A DNA stretch of 57,682 nt, from positions 1 through 57,682 of the forward strand of contig DASROS010000159.1 of NCBI GenBank assembly GCA_035646775.1. Direction: 5' to 3'. This document shows, in pieces, positions 16,864 to 26,341 of this stretch (positions within the stretch are counted from its first letter, which is position 1; each line of letters begins with the position of its first letter). This DNA is from Thermoleophilaceae bacterium. GTDB taxonomy: Bacteria > Actinomycetota > Thermoleophilia > Solirubrobacterales > Thermoleophilaceae. Both the position numbers and the translations under genes were made by a program. Below the pieces are notes generated by a model. That model made no database searches and was not told the DNA's origin. It saw nothing but the letters and a program-made list of their open reading frames with translations.

Positions 16864-17796
16864 TCAGCGGAGCGCTCCCGCTGCCTCGAGGAGCTCGCGC
16901 GCCCCTACGGCCATCAGCCGCTCCGCAGCCGTGCGACCCAGCTCGGCCGGATCATCCGTTTCCCCTTCGAGCTGGTCGTGGATCGAGTGCGAGCCGTCCG
17001 GCATCCCCACGAACGAGCTCAGCCGCAGCGTGTTCCCGTCGAGTTCGGCGTATGCGCCGACCGGGGTGTGGCAGTCGGCCCCTATCGCCGTCACCAGCGC
17101 CCGCTCGGTGGTCAGGCGGGTCAGGGCCGTGCGATCGGTGAGAGCGGCGGCCACCTCGACCGGATGGGCGTCACCGGCGCGCGCCTCCAGGGCAAGGCAC
17201 CCCTGTCCCGCGGCCGGCACCAGCTCGGACTCGGGGATCGGAGCTCCCTCGGCCGTTCGCTCCAGCCGCTCCAGGCCGGCGTAGGCCAGCACGATGGCGT
17301 CGTAGTCCCCAGCGGCCAGCTTGCGCAGGCGGGTGTCCACGTTGCCGCGCAGCTCCCGGATCTTCAGGTCCGGGCGAAGGGCCAGCAGCTGGGCCTGCCG
17401 CCGCAGGCTGGCGGTACCCACCGCGGCCCCCTCGGGCAGGTCGTCGAGCGAGGCGGCCCCGCACAGGGCGTCGCGCGGGTCGGCGCGGGGCGGAACGCCC
17501 ACGATCGCCAGCCCCTCGGGCAGCTCGCCGGGCAAGTCCTTGGCCGAGTGCACCGCGAGGTCTATCCGCTCGTCCAGCAGTGCCTCCTCGATCTCCTTGG
17601 TGAACCGCGCCTTGTCCTCGGGCACCGAGCCGGTGCCGGGCTCCGGGGCGGGCGCGCCGCCCGGGCGCTCGTCGCCCGAGGTGGTGATGGTGACCAGCTC
17701 GACCTGCTCCCCGAGCGCCTCCAGGCCGTTGCGCACGAGCGCGGCCTGGGTCAGCGCCAGCGCGCTGCCGCGGCTACCCAGGCGCAGGGCCGGCAC
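16864..17796 (-). CDS. hemC: hydroxymethylbilane synthase (porphobilinogen deaminase)
   Basis: LRLGSRGSALALTQA, LVTITTSGD, AVHSAKDLP, LRGNVDTRLRKL, PAAGQGCLALE. Confidence 0.9.
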   Translation of the reverse strand: MPALRLGSRGSALALTQAALVRNGLEALGEQVELVTITTSGDERPGGAPAPEPGTGSVPEDKARFTKEIEEALLDERIDLAVHSAKDLPGELPEGLAIVGVPPRADPRDALCGAASLDDLPEGAAVGTASLRRQAQLLALRPDLKIRELRGNVDTRLRKLAAGDYDAIVLAYAGLERLERTAEGAPIPESELVPAAGQGCLALEARAGDAHPVEVAAALTDRTALTRLTTERALVTAIGADCHTPVGAYAELDGNTLRLSSFVGMPDGSHSIHDQLEGETDDPAELGRTAAERLMAVGARELLEAAGALR

Positions 17797-17805
17797 CGCG
17801 CCGGC

Positions 17806-19149
17806 TCAGGTCCGCCGGCGTCGCCGCGCGTCGAGGTCGGCCACCTCGGAAGGCCGCTCGTCCTGGAGTGACGGCGCGGCCACGTCGAGCGCGAACAGCT
17901 CGCGCAGCGCCTGCACGTGCAGGTAGGACGACTCATCGCCCACGGAGCCCTTGAGCCGCAGCGTGGGCTCGTGCAGCAACCGGCGGACCATCGCACTCGC
18001 CATCGTGCGCAGCCGCTCGCGGTCGGCGTCGGAGAGTGATTCCCAGCGCGTCTCGTTCTCTGCCAGCACGGTCTCCACTATCTGCTCGCCGCGTTCGCGC
18101 AGAGCCGCGATGGTGGGCACCACGTCCAGGCTGGCCAGCCAGCGATCGAAACGCTCCAGCTCCTCGTCCACCACCACGCGGGCGCGCGCGGCCTCGGCCT
18201 CGCGCACGTCGCGCCGCTGGGCCACCGCGCGCTGGAGGTCGTCCATGTCGTAGAGGGCGATGCCGGGCAGCTCGCGCACGCGGGGGTCCACGTCGCGGGG
18301 CACGGCGATGTCCAGCAGCACCAGCGGCCGTCCCTCGCGCTCGCGGCTCATCTCCTCAAGCTCCTCGCGGCCCACGATCTGGTGGGGCGAGGCGGTGCAG
18401 GTGACCACGATGTCGGCGGCCGCGAGCTCTGCGGGTAGGTCGTCGAAGCGTACGGCCGAGCCGCCGAAGCGCTGAGCCAGGCTGATGGCACGGTCGTAGT
18501 GCCGGTTGGCTACGAACACGGTGTGCACGCCGCGCTCGCGCAGGGCACGGGCGGTGACCTCGCCGTTCTCGCCCGCGCCCACCACGAGCACGCGCCGGGT
18601 GGAGAGGTCGCCGAGCATGTCGCTCGCCAGCTCCACGGCCACCGAGGACACCGACAGGCGGGCGCGGCCCACGGCCGTCTCGGTGCGCACGCGCTTGCCG
18701 GCGCCCAGCGCCTCGCGGAACAGGCGGTTGGCGATCGGCCCGGTGGAGCCCTCCACCAGCGCCAGCTCGTACGCGCGCTTGACCTGCCCCTGGATCTCGG
18801 CCTCGCCGACGATCATCGAGTCCAGGCCCGCGGCCACGCCGAACAGGTGGCGCACGGCCTCGCGCTCGCGGAAGGAGTAGAGGCAGTCGGTGAGCTCGGT
18901 GGGGCGGATGCCGGCGTGACGGGCCAGCACCGACAGCGCCGCGCTCTCGGCCTCCACCCCGTCGGTGGCCACCAGGTAGAGCTCGGTGCGGTTGCAGGTG
19001 GAGAGGGCCACCGCCTCGGAGATCGAGTCGGTGGCACGCAGCTCGGCGAGGACGGCCGCCGCGCGGCCCTCCGGCAGCGCCAGGCGCTCGCGCAGCGCGA
19101 GGGGAGCCGTCTTGTGTGACACGCCGAGAGCTATGAGCTCGAAGGCCAT
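17806..19149 (-). CDS. hemA: glutamyl-tRNA reductase
   Basis: LGVSHKTAPLALRERL, the active-site motif in LSTCNRTELY, and the NADPH site VLVVGAGENG. Its ATG overlaps the upstream stop by 1 nt (TGATG). Confidence 0.92.
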   Translation of the reverse strand: MAFELIALGVSHKTAPLALRERLALPEGRAAAVLAELRATDSISEAVALSTCNRTELYLVATDGVEAESAALSVLARHAGIRPTELTDCLYSFREREAVRHLFGVAAGLDSMIVGEAEIQGQVKRAYELALVEGSTGPIANRLFREALGAGKRVRTETAVGRARLSVSSVAVELASDMLGDLSTRRVLVVGAGENGEVTARALRERGVHTVFVANRHYDRAISLAQRFGGSAVRFDDLPAELAAADIVVTCTASPHQIVGREELEEMSREREGRPLVLLDIAVPRDVDPRVRELPGIALYDMDDLQRAVAQRRDVREAEAARARVVVDEELERFDRWLASLDVVPTIAALRERGEQIVETVLAENETRWESLSDADRERLRTMASAMVRRLLHEPTLRLKGSVGDESSYLHVQALRELFALDVAAPSLQDERPSEVADLDARRRRRT

Positions 19150-19346
19150 CAGCCCACGCTCGCCCGCTCGCCCCCCGGCCGCTCGGCCGCATCCTCGTCG
19201 GTCAGCTCGAGCAGCTCGCTCACCTGACGCTCGATGCGCGCGATCTTCGCGCCGATGATCGCCACGTAGATCACGATCAGGGCCAGGAAGACCGTGTACG
19301 CGCCGGCAACGTACTTGCCAGCCTCGTCGAGCGGAAGTGCCGGCAT
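19149..19346 (-). CDS. ccmD: small single-pass membrane protein in the CcmD (heme exporter protein D) position
   Basis: 65 aa with one TM (YVAGAYTVFLALIVIYVAIIGA). It lies 4 nt downstream of ccmC. The call rests on size, topology and position only. Confidence 0.55.
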   Translation of the reverse strand: MPALPLDEAGKYVAGAYTVFLALIVIYVAIIGAKIARIERQVSELLELTDEDAAERPGGERASVG

Positions 19347-19350
19347 CCGA

Positions 19351-20049
19351 TCAGCCCGCGGCCTGGGCGCGCAGCTCGAGGCGGGAGCGCAGGCGCTTGA
19401 GCTGGGCCGACGTGCGCTTGGCGGTGAGCTCGAGCTTCCACAGCGTCACGAACAGCAGGGTCATCGCCAGGATGCACACCAGGAACGTGAGCCGCATCTC
19501 GCCGGGCAGGCTGCCGCCGGTCTGGGAGAGCACGCGGGGATGGGTCACCGCCTCGGCCAGCCGCACCGCGGTGAAGTTGATCGGCACGAACGCGCCGGCG
19601 GCGATCGCGAACACCGACGAGTAGCGCGCCTGACGCTCGGGATCCTCGATCGAGAAGCGCAGCGGGTAGTAGACGCAATAGAGAAGGAAGACGATCAGGA
19701 ACGAGACCAGCACCGGCTCGTCCCACACCCACCAGTGGCCCCAGGAGGCCTTCGCCCAGATCGCCCCGGTGATCAGCACGCCGGTGCCGAGGATGATCGA
19801 GAGGTGGATCGCCACGTAGGAGCGCAGGTCCCACGAGGAGTCGCCCGTGCGCAGGTGCTTGATGGCCATGATGCCGGCGGCCACGAAGCCACCCAGCGCC
19901 ACGATCGCCATCGGCACGTGCACGTAGAAGATCTTCTGGACGAAGCCCTGGTCGGCGTCCAGCGGGGCGTAGAAGAACACCAGCGCGAAGGCGGCCAGGG
20001 TGGTGACCACGGCGGCCACGGCCAGGGGCCTTAGTCCCTTGGAGAACAC
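19351..20049 (-). CDS. ccmC: heme exporter protein CcmC
   Basis: Polytopic membrane protein with the tryptophan-rich WWD heme-handling motif AIWAKASWGHWWVWDEPVL. Confidence 0.9.
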   Translation of the reverse strand: MFSKGLRPLAVAAVVTTLAAFALVFFYAPLDADQGFVQKIFYVHVPMAIVALGGFVAAGIMAIKHLRTGDSSWDLRSYVAIHLSIILGTGVLITGAIWAKASWGHWWVWDEPVLVSFLIVFLLYCVYYPLRFSIEDPERQARYSSVFAIAAGAFVPINFTAVRLAEAVTHPRVLSQTGGSLPGEMRLTFLVCILAMTLLFVTLWKLELTAKRTSAQLKRLRSRLELRAQAAG

Positions 20050-20077
20050 GCCTCCATCCTAGAGGGAGGCAACCCGC

Positions 20078-20752
20078 TCAGTCGTCCAGCAGGAAGTCGA
20101 ACACCGCCAGCGCTATGAGCAGGAACACCAGGTCGTAGCCGCCGAGGAGAGCGAGGTAGCGGCCTAGGTCCTCGGGCTCGCCGCCGGCCCGGAACAGCGG
20201 CTCGGTGGCCGACGCCGCGCCGATCAGCAGCGGCACCACGAGCGGCAGCAGGAGCAGGGGAACGATCAGCTCGCGGGCGCGGGACTCGGCCGCGAGCGCC
20301 GACACCAGGGCGCCGACCGCCGCCAGGCCTACGTCGGCAAGCAGCAGGATGAGCACCAGCTCCGGCAGGCCGTCGAAGAGATCGGGCCCCAGGAGCAGCA
20401 CGGCGAACGCGGGCACCGCCACGATCTCCAGCGCCACCAGGTACACGAACAGGGCCGCGGCCTTGGCCACGAACATGGCCGTGCGGTCCACGGGGGCCAG
20501 CAGGAAGGCGTCGAGCCCGCCCTGCTCCCGCTCGGCCGCGAACAGGCGGGTCACGCCGATCACCGCGGCCAGCAGGAGGGTGACCCACAGCACCCCCGAG
20601 GCCAGCTCGCCGTCGAGCGAGTCGCGGTCCAGGCCGAAATGGAACAGCACGTAGACGGTCACCGTGAACAGGGCCATCGCGGGCACGGCTTCCTTGGTGC
20701 GCCACTCGATCAACAGGTCCTTGCGCAGCACCGCGGCCGCCGTTCGGATCAC
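20078..20752 (-). CDS. ccmB: heme exporter protein CcmB (ABC permease)
   Basis: 224-aa polytopic membrane protein starting MIRTAAAVLRKDLLIEWRTKE. GTGA overlap with ccmA. Confidence 0.8.
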   Translation of the reverse strand: MIRTAAAVLRKDLLIEWRTKEAVPAMALFTVTVYVLFHFGLDRDSLDGELASGVLWVTLLLAAVIGVTRLFAAEREQGGLDAFLLAPVDRTAMFVAKAAALFVYLVALEIVAVPAFAVLLLGPDLFDGLPELVLILLLADVGLAAVGALVSALAAESRARELIVPLLLLPLVVPLLIGAASATEPLFRAGGEPEDLGRYLALLGGYDLVFLLIALAVFDFLLDD

Positions 20753-21432
20753 GCGTACAGCTCCCGCGCCGTCTTCGCATCGATCTCGCCCGCGGGCGCG
20801 CAGAACGCCTGCCGGCCCGCGCGCAGCCCGAGTGCCAGGTCGGCCTCGGCCAGCGCGCCGTCCACGTCGTGGCTCACCAGCACGCGCGCCCTGCCGGAAG
20901 CCCGCCCGATCAGCGGCTCCAGCGCCTCGGCGGCGGCGGGATCGAGGTTGGCGCGCGGCTCGTCGAGCAGGAGCAGATCGGGGTCGTGCAGCGTGGCCCG
21001 CGCCACGGCCAGGCGCTGGACCATCCCCTTGGAGAGGTCGCGCACGGGGTCGTCGGCGCGGCGCGCGAGTCCCACGGCGCTCAGACGCTGCTCGACTCGC
21101 GCCGGCTCCAGACCGTGCAGGCGGGCGTGGTAGGCGAGGTTCTCGCGCCCGCTGAGGGCGCGGTAGAGCAGCGGATCGTGGCCGAGGTACCCCACGCGCC
21201 CGCGCACCTTCCAGCCGTCGCCCGGCAGGAGCGACCCGAACACGGCGGCCCGGCCGGCGTGCGGCCGCAGCAGCGTGGCGAGTACGCGCAGCAGCGTGGT
21301 CTTGCCCGCCCCGTTGGCCCCGAGCACGGCCAGCGTGGCGCCCGGCTCGAGCCGCACCGTCACGCCGTGCAGGGCCACGCGCTCGCCGTAGCGGCGCTCG
21401 AGCCCGTCCAGCGCGATCGCCGGCTCAGCCAT
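20749..21432 (-). CDS. ccmA: heme exporter ATP-binding protein CcmA
   Basis: Walker A GANGAGKTTLL, ABC signature LSKGMVQRLAVA, Walker B LLLLDEP. First gene of the ccm chain. Confidence 0.85.
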   Translation of the reverse strand: MAEPAIALDGLERRYGERVALHGVTVRLEPGATLAVLGANGAGKTTLLRVLATLLRPHAGRAAVFGSLLPGDGWKVRGRVGYLGHDPLLYRALSGRENLAYHARLHGLEPARVEQRLSAVGLARRADDPVRDLSKGMVQRLAVARATLHDPDLLLLDEPRANLDPAAAEALEPLIGRASGRARVLVSHDVDGALAEADLALGLRAGRQAFCAPAGEIDAKTARELYA

Positions 21433-21461
21433 CCGCGCGGACGCTACCGCCCGCGCGCGGG

Positions 21462-21755
21462 TCAGCCGCGGTCCGGCACCCAGCCGGCTGGGAACGCCCC
21501 GGCGGGAATCTCGCCCGGGTAGTCCGGGAACCAGCGGCGGGCGATCGCCTCGCCCGGCCGACCGTCCATGAGCGGCCGCAGGTCGCCCACGCAGAGCAGC
21601 ACGCGCAGGGTGGCGCCGATCTGGAGGTCGGCGGCCGTGGGCTGGTCTCCGCCGATCACGCCCTCGGCCGCGAGGCCGTCCACGTGATCGAGCTTGGCGG
21701 GCAGGCCGGTCAGTTCCTCGGCCACCCGCACGGCTGTGATGGGCTGGGCGAACAT
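21462..21755 (-). CDS. GST C-terminal-domain-like fragment (possible gene remnant)
   Basis: The 97-aa ORF resembles only the helical C-terminal half of GST-like proteins (GDQPTAADLQIGATLRVL...). Only 56 nt lie upstream before PadR, so there is no room for the thioredoxin-like N-terminal domain. Confidence 0.4.
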   Translation of the reverse strand: MFAQPITAVRVAEELTGLPAKLDHVDGLAAEGVIGGDQPTAADLQIGATLRVLLCVGDLRPLMDGRPGEAIARRWFPDYPGEIPAGAFPAGWVPDRG

Positions 21756-21811
21756 GGGCGGCAGCCTACTTGTGGGCCTTATGGCCTACGCCCCGATGCC
21801 CGCTCCGGCCC

Positions 21812-22351
21812 CTACGCGTCCTCGGCGAGGATCGCGTAGATGCGCTTGCGCGTCTCGTCAAGCAGGTCGCGTGCGCGAGCCGCCTGCTCCTCGGAACCCG
21901 CGCCGCCGACCTGCAGGACGGCCGCCCGCAGGGCGAAGAACGCTTCGCGCAGGCGGATCTCGCCGGGGTCGGCGCCGGCGGTCACCTGCTCCCAGGGCAG
22001 CGTGCCTTTGCGGCCCTCGGCCTGCTCGCGGCCGTCGTCGGTGAGGGCGAAGCGGCGCTTGCCCTCCGACTCCTCGCCGCGGATCAGCCCCTCGTCCTCC
22101 AGCAGGGCCAGCGTGGGATAGATCGAGCCGGCGCTCGGGCGCCACAGGCCCTGGGTGCGCTCCTCGATCTCCTTGATCATCTCGTAGCCGTGCATCGGCC
22201 GCTCGACCAGCAGGGCCAGCGCCGCGGCGCGGACGTCGCCGCGGCGGGCGCGTGGTCCGCCGCTGCCGTAGCGACGGCCGTAGCCGTGGCGCGCTCGTCG
22301 GCCGGGGCCTCGGTGGGCGCAGCGGCCATGTCGTGCGTATTCGTCTTTCAT
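21812..22351 (-). CDS. PadR family transcriptional regulator
   Basis: PadR wHTH reads LALLVERPMHGYEMIKEIEERTQGLWRPSAGSIYPTLALLEDEGLIRGE. Confidence 0.85.
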   Translation of the reverse strand: MKDEYARHGRCAHRGPGRRARHGYGRRYGSGGPRARRGDVRAAALALLVERPMHGYEMIKEIEERTQGLWRPSAGSIYPTLALLEDEGLIRGEESEGKRRFALTDDGREQAEGRKGTLPWEQVTAGADPGEIRLREAFFALRAAVLQVGGAGSEEQAARARDLLDETRKRIYAILAEDA

Positions 22352-22373
22352 CTGGTCTCCTAACTGTATGACG

Positions 22374-22383
22374 CGATATATCG
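22374..22383. promoter_or_regulatory. perfect 10-bp AT-rich palindrome CGATATATCG upstream of the PadR start
   Basis: It lies 23-32 nt upstream of the PadR ATG (22351), in an otherwise GC-rich region. It could be an operator and/or a -10-like element. Confidence 0.3.
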
Positions 22384-22515
22384 TAACAGATCACGTGCAG
22401 GCGCACTCAGGCGGGCGCGGATGGCGAGTGTGGGCTACGAACGGCGCAGATATGAGCCCAAACGCAGCCCACATTCGAGCGTGGCGGCGGCGTGGCGCTG
22501 TCGGTGCGGGCCCGG

Positions 22516-22977
22516 CTACCGATCGAGCGTGGCGCCTGCGTGGCGCAGCGTGGGCTCCACGACCGGCCAGGACTGCTCGATGGCCTTGGGGTTGCCGGGG
22601 AAGTTCACGATCAGCGTGCGCCCCCGAACACCCGACACGCCGCGCGTGAGGATGCCCAGCGGCGTGTGCCCACGCGAGTCGGCGCGGATCGACTCGGCGT
22701 AGCCCGGAGCATCGCGGTCGATCACGTCGCGCGTGGCCTCCGGGGTCACGTCGTCCGGCGTCAGGCCTGTGCCGCCGGTGGTGAACACGAAGCGCGCGTT
22801 CTCGTCGTCCGCGAGCCGGCGCAGGGCGGCTGCGATCGTCTCGCGGTCGTCGGCGACAACGGTGTGCGACACCTCGAGGCCCGCGGCCTCGCACAGCGCC
22901 ACCAGCGCCGGGCCGGAGAGGTCCTCGCCCTCGCCGCCGGCCAGCGAGGTGGAGACGGTGAGCACGGCGGCCTTCAC
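22516..22977 (-). CDS. mog: molybdopterin adenylyltransferase / MoaB-Mog family protein
   Basis: In-frame GTG at 22977 ([11 protein letters not shown]...) overlaps the moaC stop (GTGA). Motifs [20 protein letters not shown] and [11 protein letters not shown]. Confidence 0.85.
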   Translation of the reverse strand: MKAAVLTVSTSLAGGEGEDLSGPALVALCEAAGLEVSHTVVADDRETIAAALRRLADDENARFVFTTGGTGLTPDDVTPEATRDVIDRDAPGYAESIRADSRGHTPLGILTRGVSGVRGRTLIVNFPGNPKAIEQSWPVVEPTLRHAGATLDR

Positions 22978-23441
22978 GGCCGGTGCCAGTCCTCCTTGCC
23001 GCCGGTCTTTTCCAGCAGCTCGACCGGGCCGACCGAGACGCCGCGCTCGATCCCCTTGACCATGTCGTAGACGGTGAGCGCGGCCACCGCCGCGGCGGTC
23101 ATCGCCTCCATCTCCACACCCGTCTGAGCGCTGGTGCGCGCCTCGGCCTCGAGCGTCACGCGGTCCTCGCCCACCTCGGCGGTCACGTCCACGAACGACA
23201 GCGCCAATGGGTGGCACAGGGGGATCAGCTCCGAGGTGCGCTTGGCGGCCTGGATGCCGGCGATGCGCGCCGTGCCGAGCACGTCGCCCTTGGGGGCGTC
23301 GCCCCCCCGCACGGCCTCGGCCGTCTCCGGCGACATCCGCACCTCGGCGCGGGCCACCGCGCGGCGGTCGGTCACGTCCTTGCCGCCCACGTCGACCATC
23401 CGGGCCGCGCCCGAGTCGTCGAGATGGGACAGCTCTCCCAC
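22974..23441 (-). CDS. moaC: cyclic pyranopterin monophosphate synthase
   Basis: [55 protein letters not shown]. Confidence 0.92.
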   Translation of the reverse strand: MGELSHLDDSGAARMVDVGGKDVTDRRAVARAEVRMSPETAEAVRGGDAPKGDVLGTARIAGIQAAKRTSELIPLCHPLALSFVDVTAEVGEDRVTLEAEARTSAQTGVEMEAMTAAAVAALTVYDMVKGIERGVSVGPVELLEKTGGKEDWHRP

Positions 23442-23448
23442 GGCGCTC

Positions 23449-24192
23449 CTAGGCGGCGCTCGGCTCGTGTGTGCGCTGCGCGGCGGCGATCAGGTCCCGC
23501 ACCGCGTCCGTGTCGTCGCGGCGCAGCAGCTCCACCGGATCGGGCTCGCCGTTCACGATCGACTCGAAGAAGGCCTTGCGGTCCTGGTAGGTGGGCAGCG
23601 TGCCCTTGGCCCAGCCGCGGACCTCGTTGAGCATGATCGCCAGGCGCGCGTAGGGCTCGCCGTACTCGTCGGCGATCTCGGCCTTGATGCGCTTGGCCAG
23701 CGCGGGGCTCGCGCCCGCGGTGGAGATGGCGATCGCCAGCGGCCCGGTGCGCACGATCGCGGGCAGGATGAAGTTGCACAGCGGCGGCACGTCCACGATG
23801 TTCACGAGCATCGCGCGCTTCTCGGCGTCCTCGTAGACGGAGATGTTCACCTCGGTGTCGTCGGTGGAGGCGATCACCATGAAAGTTCCCTCCAGGTCGG
23901 AGCGGTCGTACTCGCGCTGCTCCCAGCGGATCGACCCCTCCTCGGCCAGCTCGCGCAGCGGCGCGACCGCCTCTGGCGCGACGAGCGTCACGTCGCCGTC
24001 GCAGGCCAGCAGGCCGTCCACCTTCGCCAGCCCGATCTCCCCGCCGCCCACCACGAGGCACTTGCGGCCCGACAGCTTCAGGCAGGCGATGTAGAAGGGC
24101 GTGTCGAGCATGCCCTGCACGCAGCTCTGGTCGCAGAGGCCGCGCCTGAACTGGCACACGCAGGGCTTTCCGGCGAAGGCTTGGGCAGGCAT
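23449..24192 (-). CDS. precorrin-2 dehydrogenase / sirohydrochlorin ferrochelatase (CysG N-terminal type, SirC/Met8-like)
   Basis: Rossmann motif [15 protein letters not shown]. Also [29 protein letters not shown] and [23 protein letters not shown] 24192 has an AGGA 11 nt upstream; an alternative ATG at 24111 would remove a Cys-rich 27-aa extension. Confidence 0.8.
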   Translation of the reverse strand: MPAQAFAGKPCVCQFRRGLCDQSCVQGMLDTPFYIACLKLSGRKCLVVGGGEIGLAKVDGLLACDGDVTLVAPEAVAPLRELAEEGSIRWEQREYDRSDLEGTFMVIASTDDTEVNISVYEDAEKRAMLVNIVDVPPLCNFILPAIVRTGPLAIAISTAGASPALAKRIKAEIADEYGEPYARLAIMLNEVRGWAKGTLPTYQDRKAFFESIVNGEPDPVELLRRDDTDAVRDLIAAAQRTHEPSAA

Positions 24193-24205
24193 GGTCTGTC
24201 CGATC

Positions 24206-24703
24206 CTAGAGCGGCAGCCGCACCAGCTCCATGAAGAACTCGTCGGCCCACTCCCCGGTGCGGTAGTTGCGGCCGCTGTAACGCGTCACGCCCACGCGGC
24301 GGAACCCGGACTTCTCGTAGCAGCGGATCGCAGGCTCGTTGTCGGTGTCCACGGAGAGGACGATGCGGTGGTGCCCGCGCTCCTCGAGCAGGTGGTTGGT
24401 CAGCGTGACCATGGCGTCAGTGCCCAGCCCCTGCCCATGGTGCTCGGGAGCGAGGAAGAGGTCCACCTCCGCGTGGCGGTAGTCGGGCTCGGTCTCCTCC
24501 TGGAACTGGATCATGCCCGCCACCTCGCCATCCACGAGGATCGCGAAGCGCGTGGACTTGGGCTCGTCCTCCAGCGGGAAGTCGTCCTCCAGCGGGCCCC
24601 ACCTGACCGCCACCTCGGGGGTCTCGCGGATGGCACGCAGGCGGTCCTCGTGGCCGGCCGCCAGCGGCTCGAGCGTCACGCCCGCGCCCCGCAGCTCGGG
24701 CAT
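24206..24703 (-). CDS. GNAT family N-acetyltransferase
   Basis: The internal ATG at 24703 ([14 protein letters not shown]...) lies 13 nt after the ALDH stop. GNAT motif reads [21 protein letters not shown] ... [13 protein letters not shown]. Confidence 0.8.
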   Translation of the reverse strand: MPELRGAGVTLEPLAAGHEDRLRAIRETPEVAVRWGPLEDDFPLEDEPKSTRFAILVDGEVAGMIQFQEETEPDYRHAEVDLFLAPEHHGQGLGTDAMVTLTNHLLEERGHHRIVLSVDTDNEPAIRCYEKSGFRRVGVTRYSGRNYRTGEWADEFFMELVRLPL

Positions 24704-24716
24704 CGGCTCCTGGAGC

Positions 24717-26318
24717 TCAGGCACCCCGCCCGCTCCGGAGCATCTTCGCCCCCAGCCGGGCGAAGGAGGTTGCGCCCCGGAGCAGCGCGCCGGCCTTGTC
24801 GTCCTCGCGCCCATAGAGCAGCTGGGCCGAGGAGTGCATCGCGCGCCCCAGCGAGCTGTCGTAAGGGTGCCACCAGAAGTTGCGCGTGCGCGACGGGTCC
24901 CACGTCAGCAGCTTGATGTTCACGCACTCGTAGAAGCCGAACTTGGAGTGCGAGCGGCCCAGGCCGGAGTCCTTGACCCCGCCCCATGAACACGAGCAGG
25001 CGCCGTGGGAGTACATGTGATCGTTCACCCACACCATGCCCGACTGCAGCCGCCGCGCGATCCGCTCGCCACGGGCGCGGTCCATCGTCCACACCGAGGC
25101 GCCGAGGCCGAAGTCGGAGTCGTTGGCCAGGGCGATCGCCTCGTCCTCGGATTCCACGGTGACCACCGGGATCACCGGCCCGAAGATCTCCTCGCGCATG
25201 ATCCGCATGTCGTGGGTCACACCGGTGAGCACCGCGGGCGCGTAGTAGTCGCCCGCGGGTGCGCCCTCGGGCTCCACCGGGCCACCGCAGTGAAGCGTGG
25301 CGCCATTGTGCACCGCGTCGTCCACCAGCTCGCGCACCAGCGCGTGCTGCTCGGCGGACACCATCGGGCCGATCTCGGTGCTCCATTCCATCGGGTCGCC
25401 CACCCGCAGCGCCTTGGCGCCCTCCACCAGCCCCTCCACGAAGCGGTCGGCCACGTCGCGCATCACGTACACGCGCTCGATGCCCGAACAGGTCTGGCCC
25501 GCGTTGGCGAAGCCGCCCCACAGCGCGCCCGACACAGCGTTGTCCACGTTGGCGTCTCCGAGCACGAGCATCGCGTCCTTGCCGCCCAGCTCCAGCACCG
25601 AGCCCTTCATGCGCTCGGCGCAGCCCACGCCCACCCGGCGCCCGACGTCCGCGGAGCCGGTGAAGAAGATCTTCGCCGCGCCGGACTCCACCAGCGCCTG
25701 GCCCACGGCGCCGCCGCCGTGCACGGCGCGCACCAGCCCCTCGGGCAGGCCTGCGCGCTCGAAGGTCTCTTGGATGCGCTGGCCGATGAGCGGCGTTAGC
25801 GAGGCCGGCTTGAGCACCACGCCGTTGCCTGCCATCAGCGCGATGGCCACCTCGCCGAACGGGATCGACCACGGGTAGTTCCACGGCGCGATCACGCCCA
25901 CCACCCCCAGCGGCTCGTACGCGAACTTCGCCCGCTTCTGCTTGAGGAAGATCGGCAGCGAGACGCGCTCGTCGGACAGGATCTTCGGTCCCTCGTGCGA
26001 GATCCAGTGCAGCGCGTCGATGGTGGGCAGCAGCTCCATCACGTACGACTCGTTGCGCGGCTTGCCCTGCTCGCGCGTGAGCAGCTCGGAGAGCTCGTCG
26101 AGCGAGTCGATCACAACCTGAGCGGCGCGGCGCATGTAGCGCGCGCGCTCGGACAGGGGCAGCGCCGCCCAGAAGGGCTGCACCTCGGCCACGTCGTCCA
26201 CCACCGACTGCACCTCGCCGGGCGGGATCGTGGGCACGTCCCCCAGGCGCCGGCCCCCGGCGGGGCTGTGGGACTCCAGGGGCGGCGTGGCGGTGGAGGC
26301 CTCCATGCGGGAGGTCAT
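24717..26318 (-). CDS. NAD(P)-dependent aldehyde dehydrogenase family protein
   Basis: VGVIAPWNYPW, VLKPASLTP, FTGSADVGRRV, catalytic Glu in LELGGKDA and catalytic Cys in NAGQTCSGIERVYV. Confidence 0.88.
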   Translation of the reverse strand: MTSRMEASTATPPLESHSPAGGRRLGDVPTIPPGEVQSVVDDVAEVQPFWAALPLSERARYMRRAAQVVIDSLDELSELLTREQGKPRNESYVMELLPTIDALHWISHEGPKILSDERVSLPIFLKQKRAKFAYEPLGVVGVIAPWNYPWSIPFGEVAIALMAGNGVVLKPASLTPLIGQRIQETFERAGLPEGLVRAVHGGGAVGQALVESGAAKIFFTGSADVGRRVGVGCAERMKGSVLELGGKDAMLVLGDANVDNAVSGALWGGFANAGQTCSGIERVYVMRDVADRFVEGLVEGAKALRVGDPMEWSTEIGPMVSAEQHALVRELVDDAVHNGATLHCGGPVEPEGAPAGDYYAPAVLTGVTHDMRIMREEIFGPVIPVVTVESEDEAIALANDSDFGLGASVWTMDRARGERIARRLQSGMVWVNDHMYSHGACSCSWGGVKDSGLGRSHSKFGFYECVNIKLLTWDPSRTRNFWWHPYDSSLGRAMHSSAQLLYGREDDKAGALLRGATSFARLGAKMLRSGRGA

Positions 26319-26341
26319 TGTGACCGAACGCGCCAGGCGGG

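Noticed and set aside
16042-17871. 609-aa plus-strand ORF across the hem region
   Set aside because: It is antisense to cobA-hemD and hemC, which carry unambiguous signatures.
22428-22472. 8-bp stem TGTGGGCT ... AGCCCACA downstream of mog as an intrinsic terminator
   Set aside because: It has a 29-nt loop and no T/U tract on the minus strand, so it is not convincing as a terminator.
22475-22546. 24-nt imperfect direct repeat TCGAGCGTGGCG-NNN-GCGTGGCGC (22475-22498 and 22523-22546, 21 of 24 identical)
   Set aside because: One copy encodes the mog C-terminus. The other lies 48 nt further along in the non-coding gap. It is most simply a small local duplication or GC-rich chance similarity, and no function is implied.
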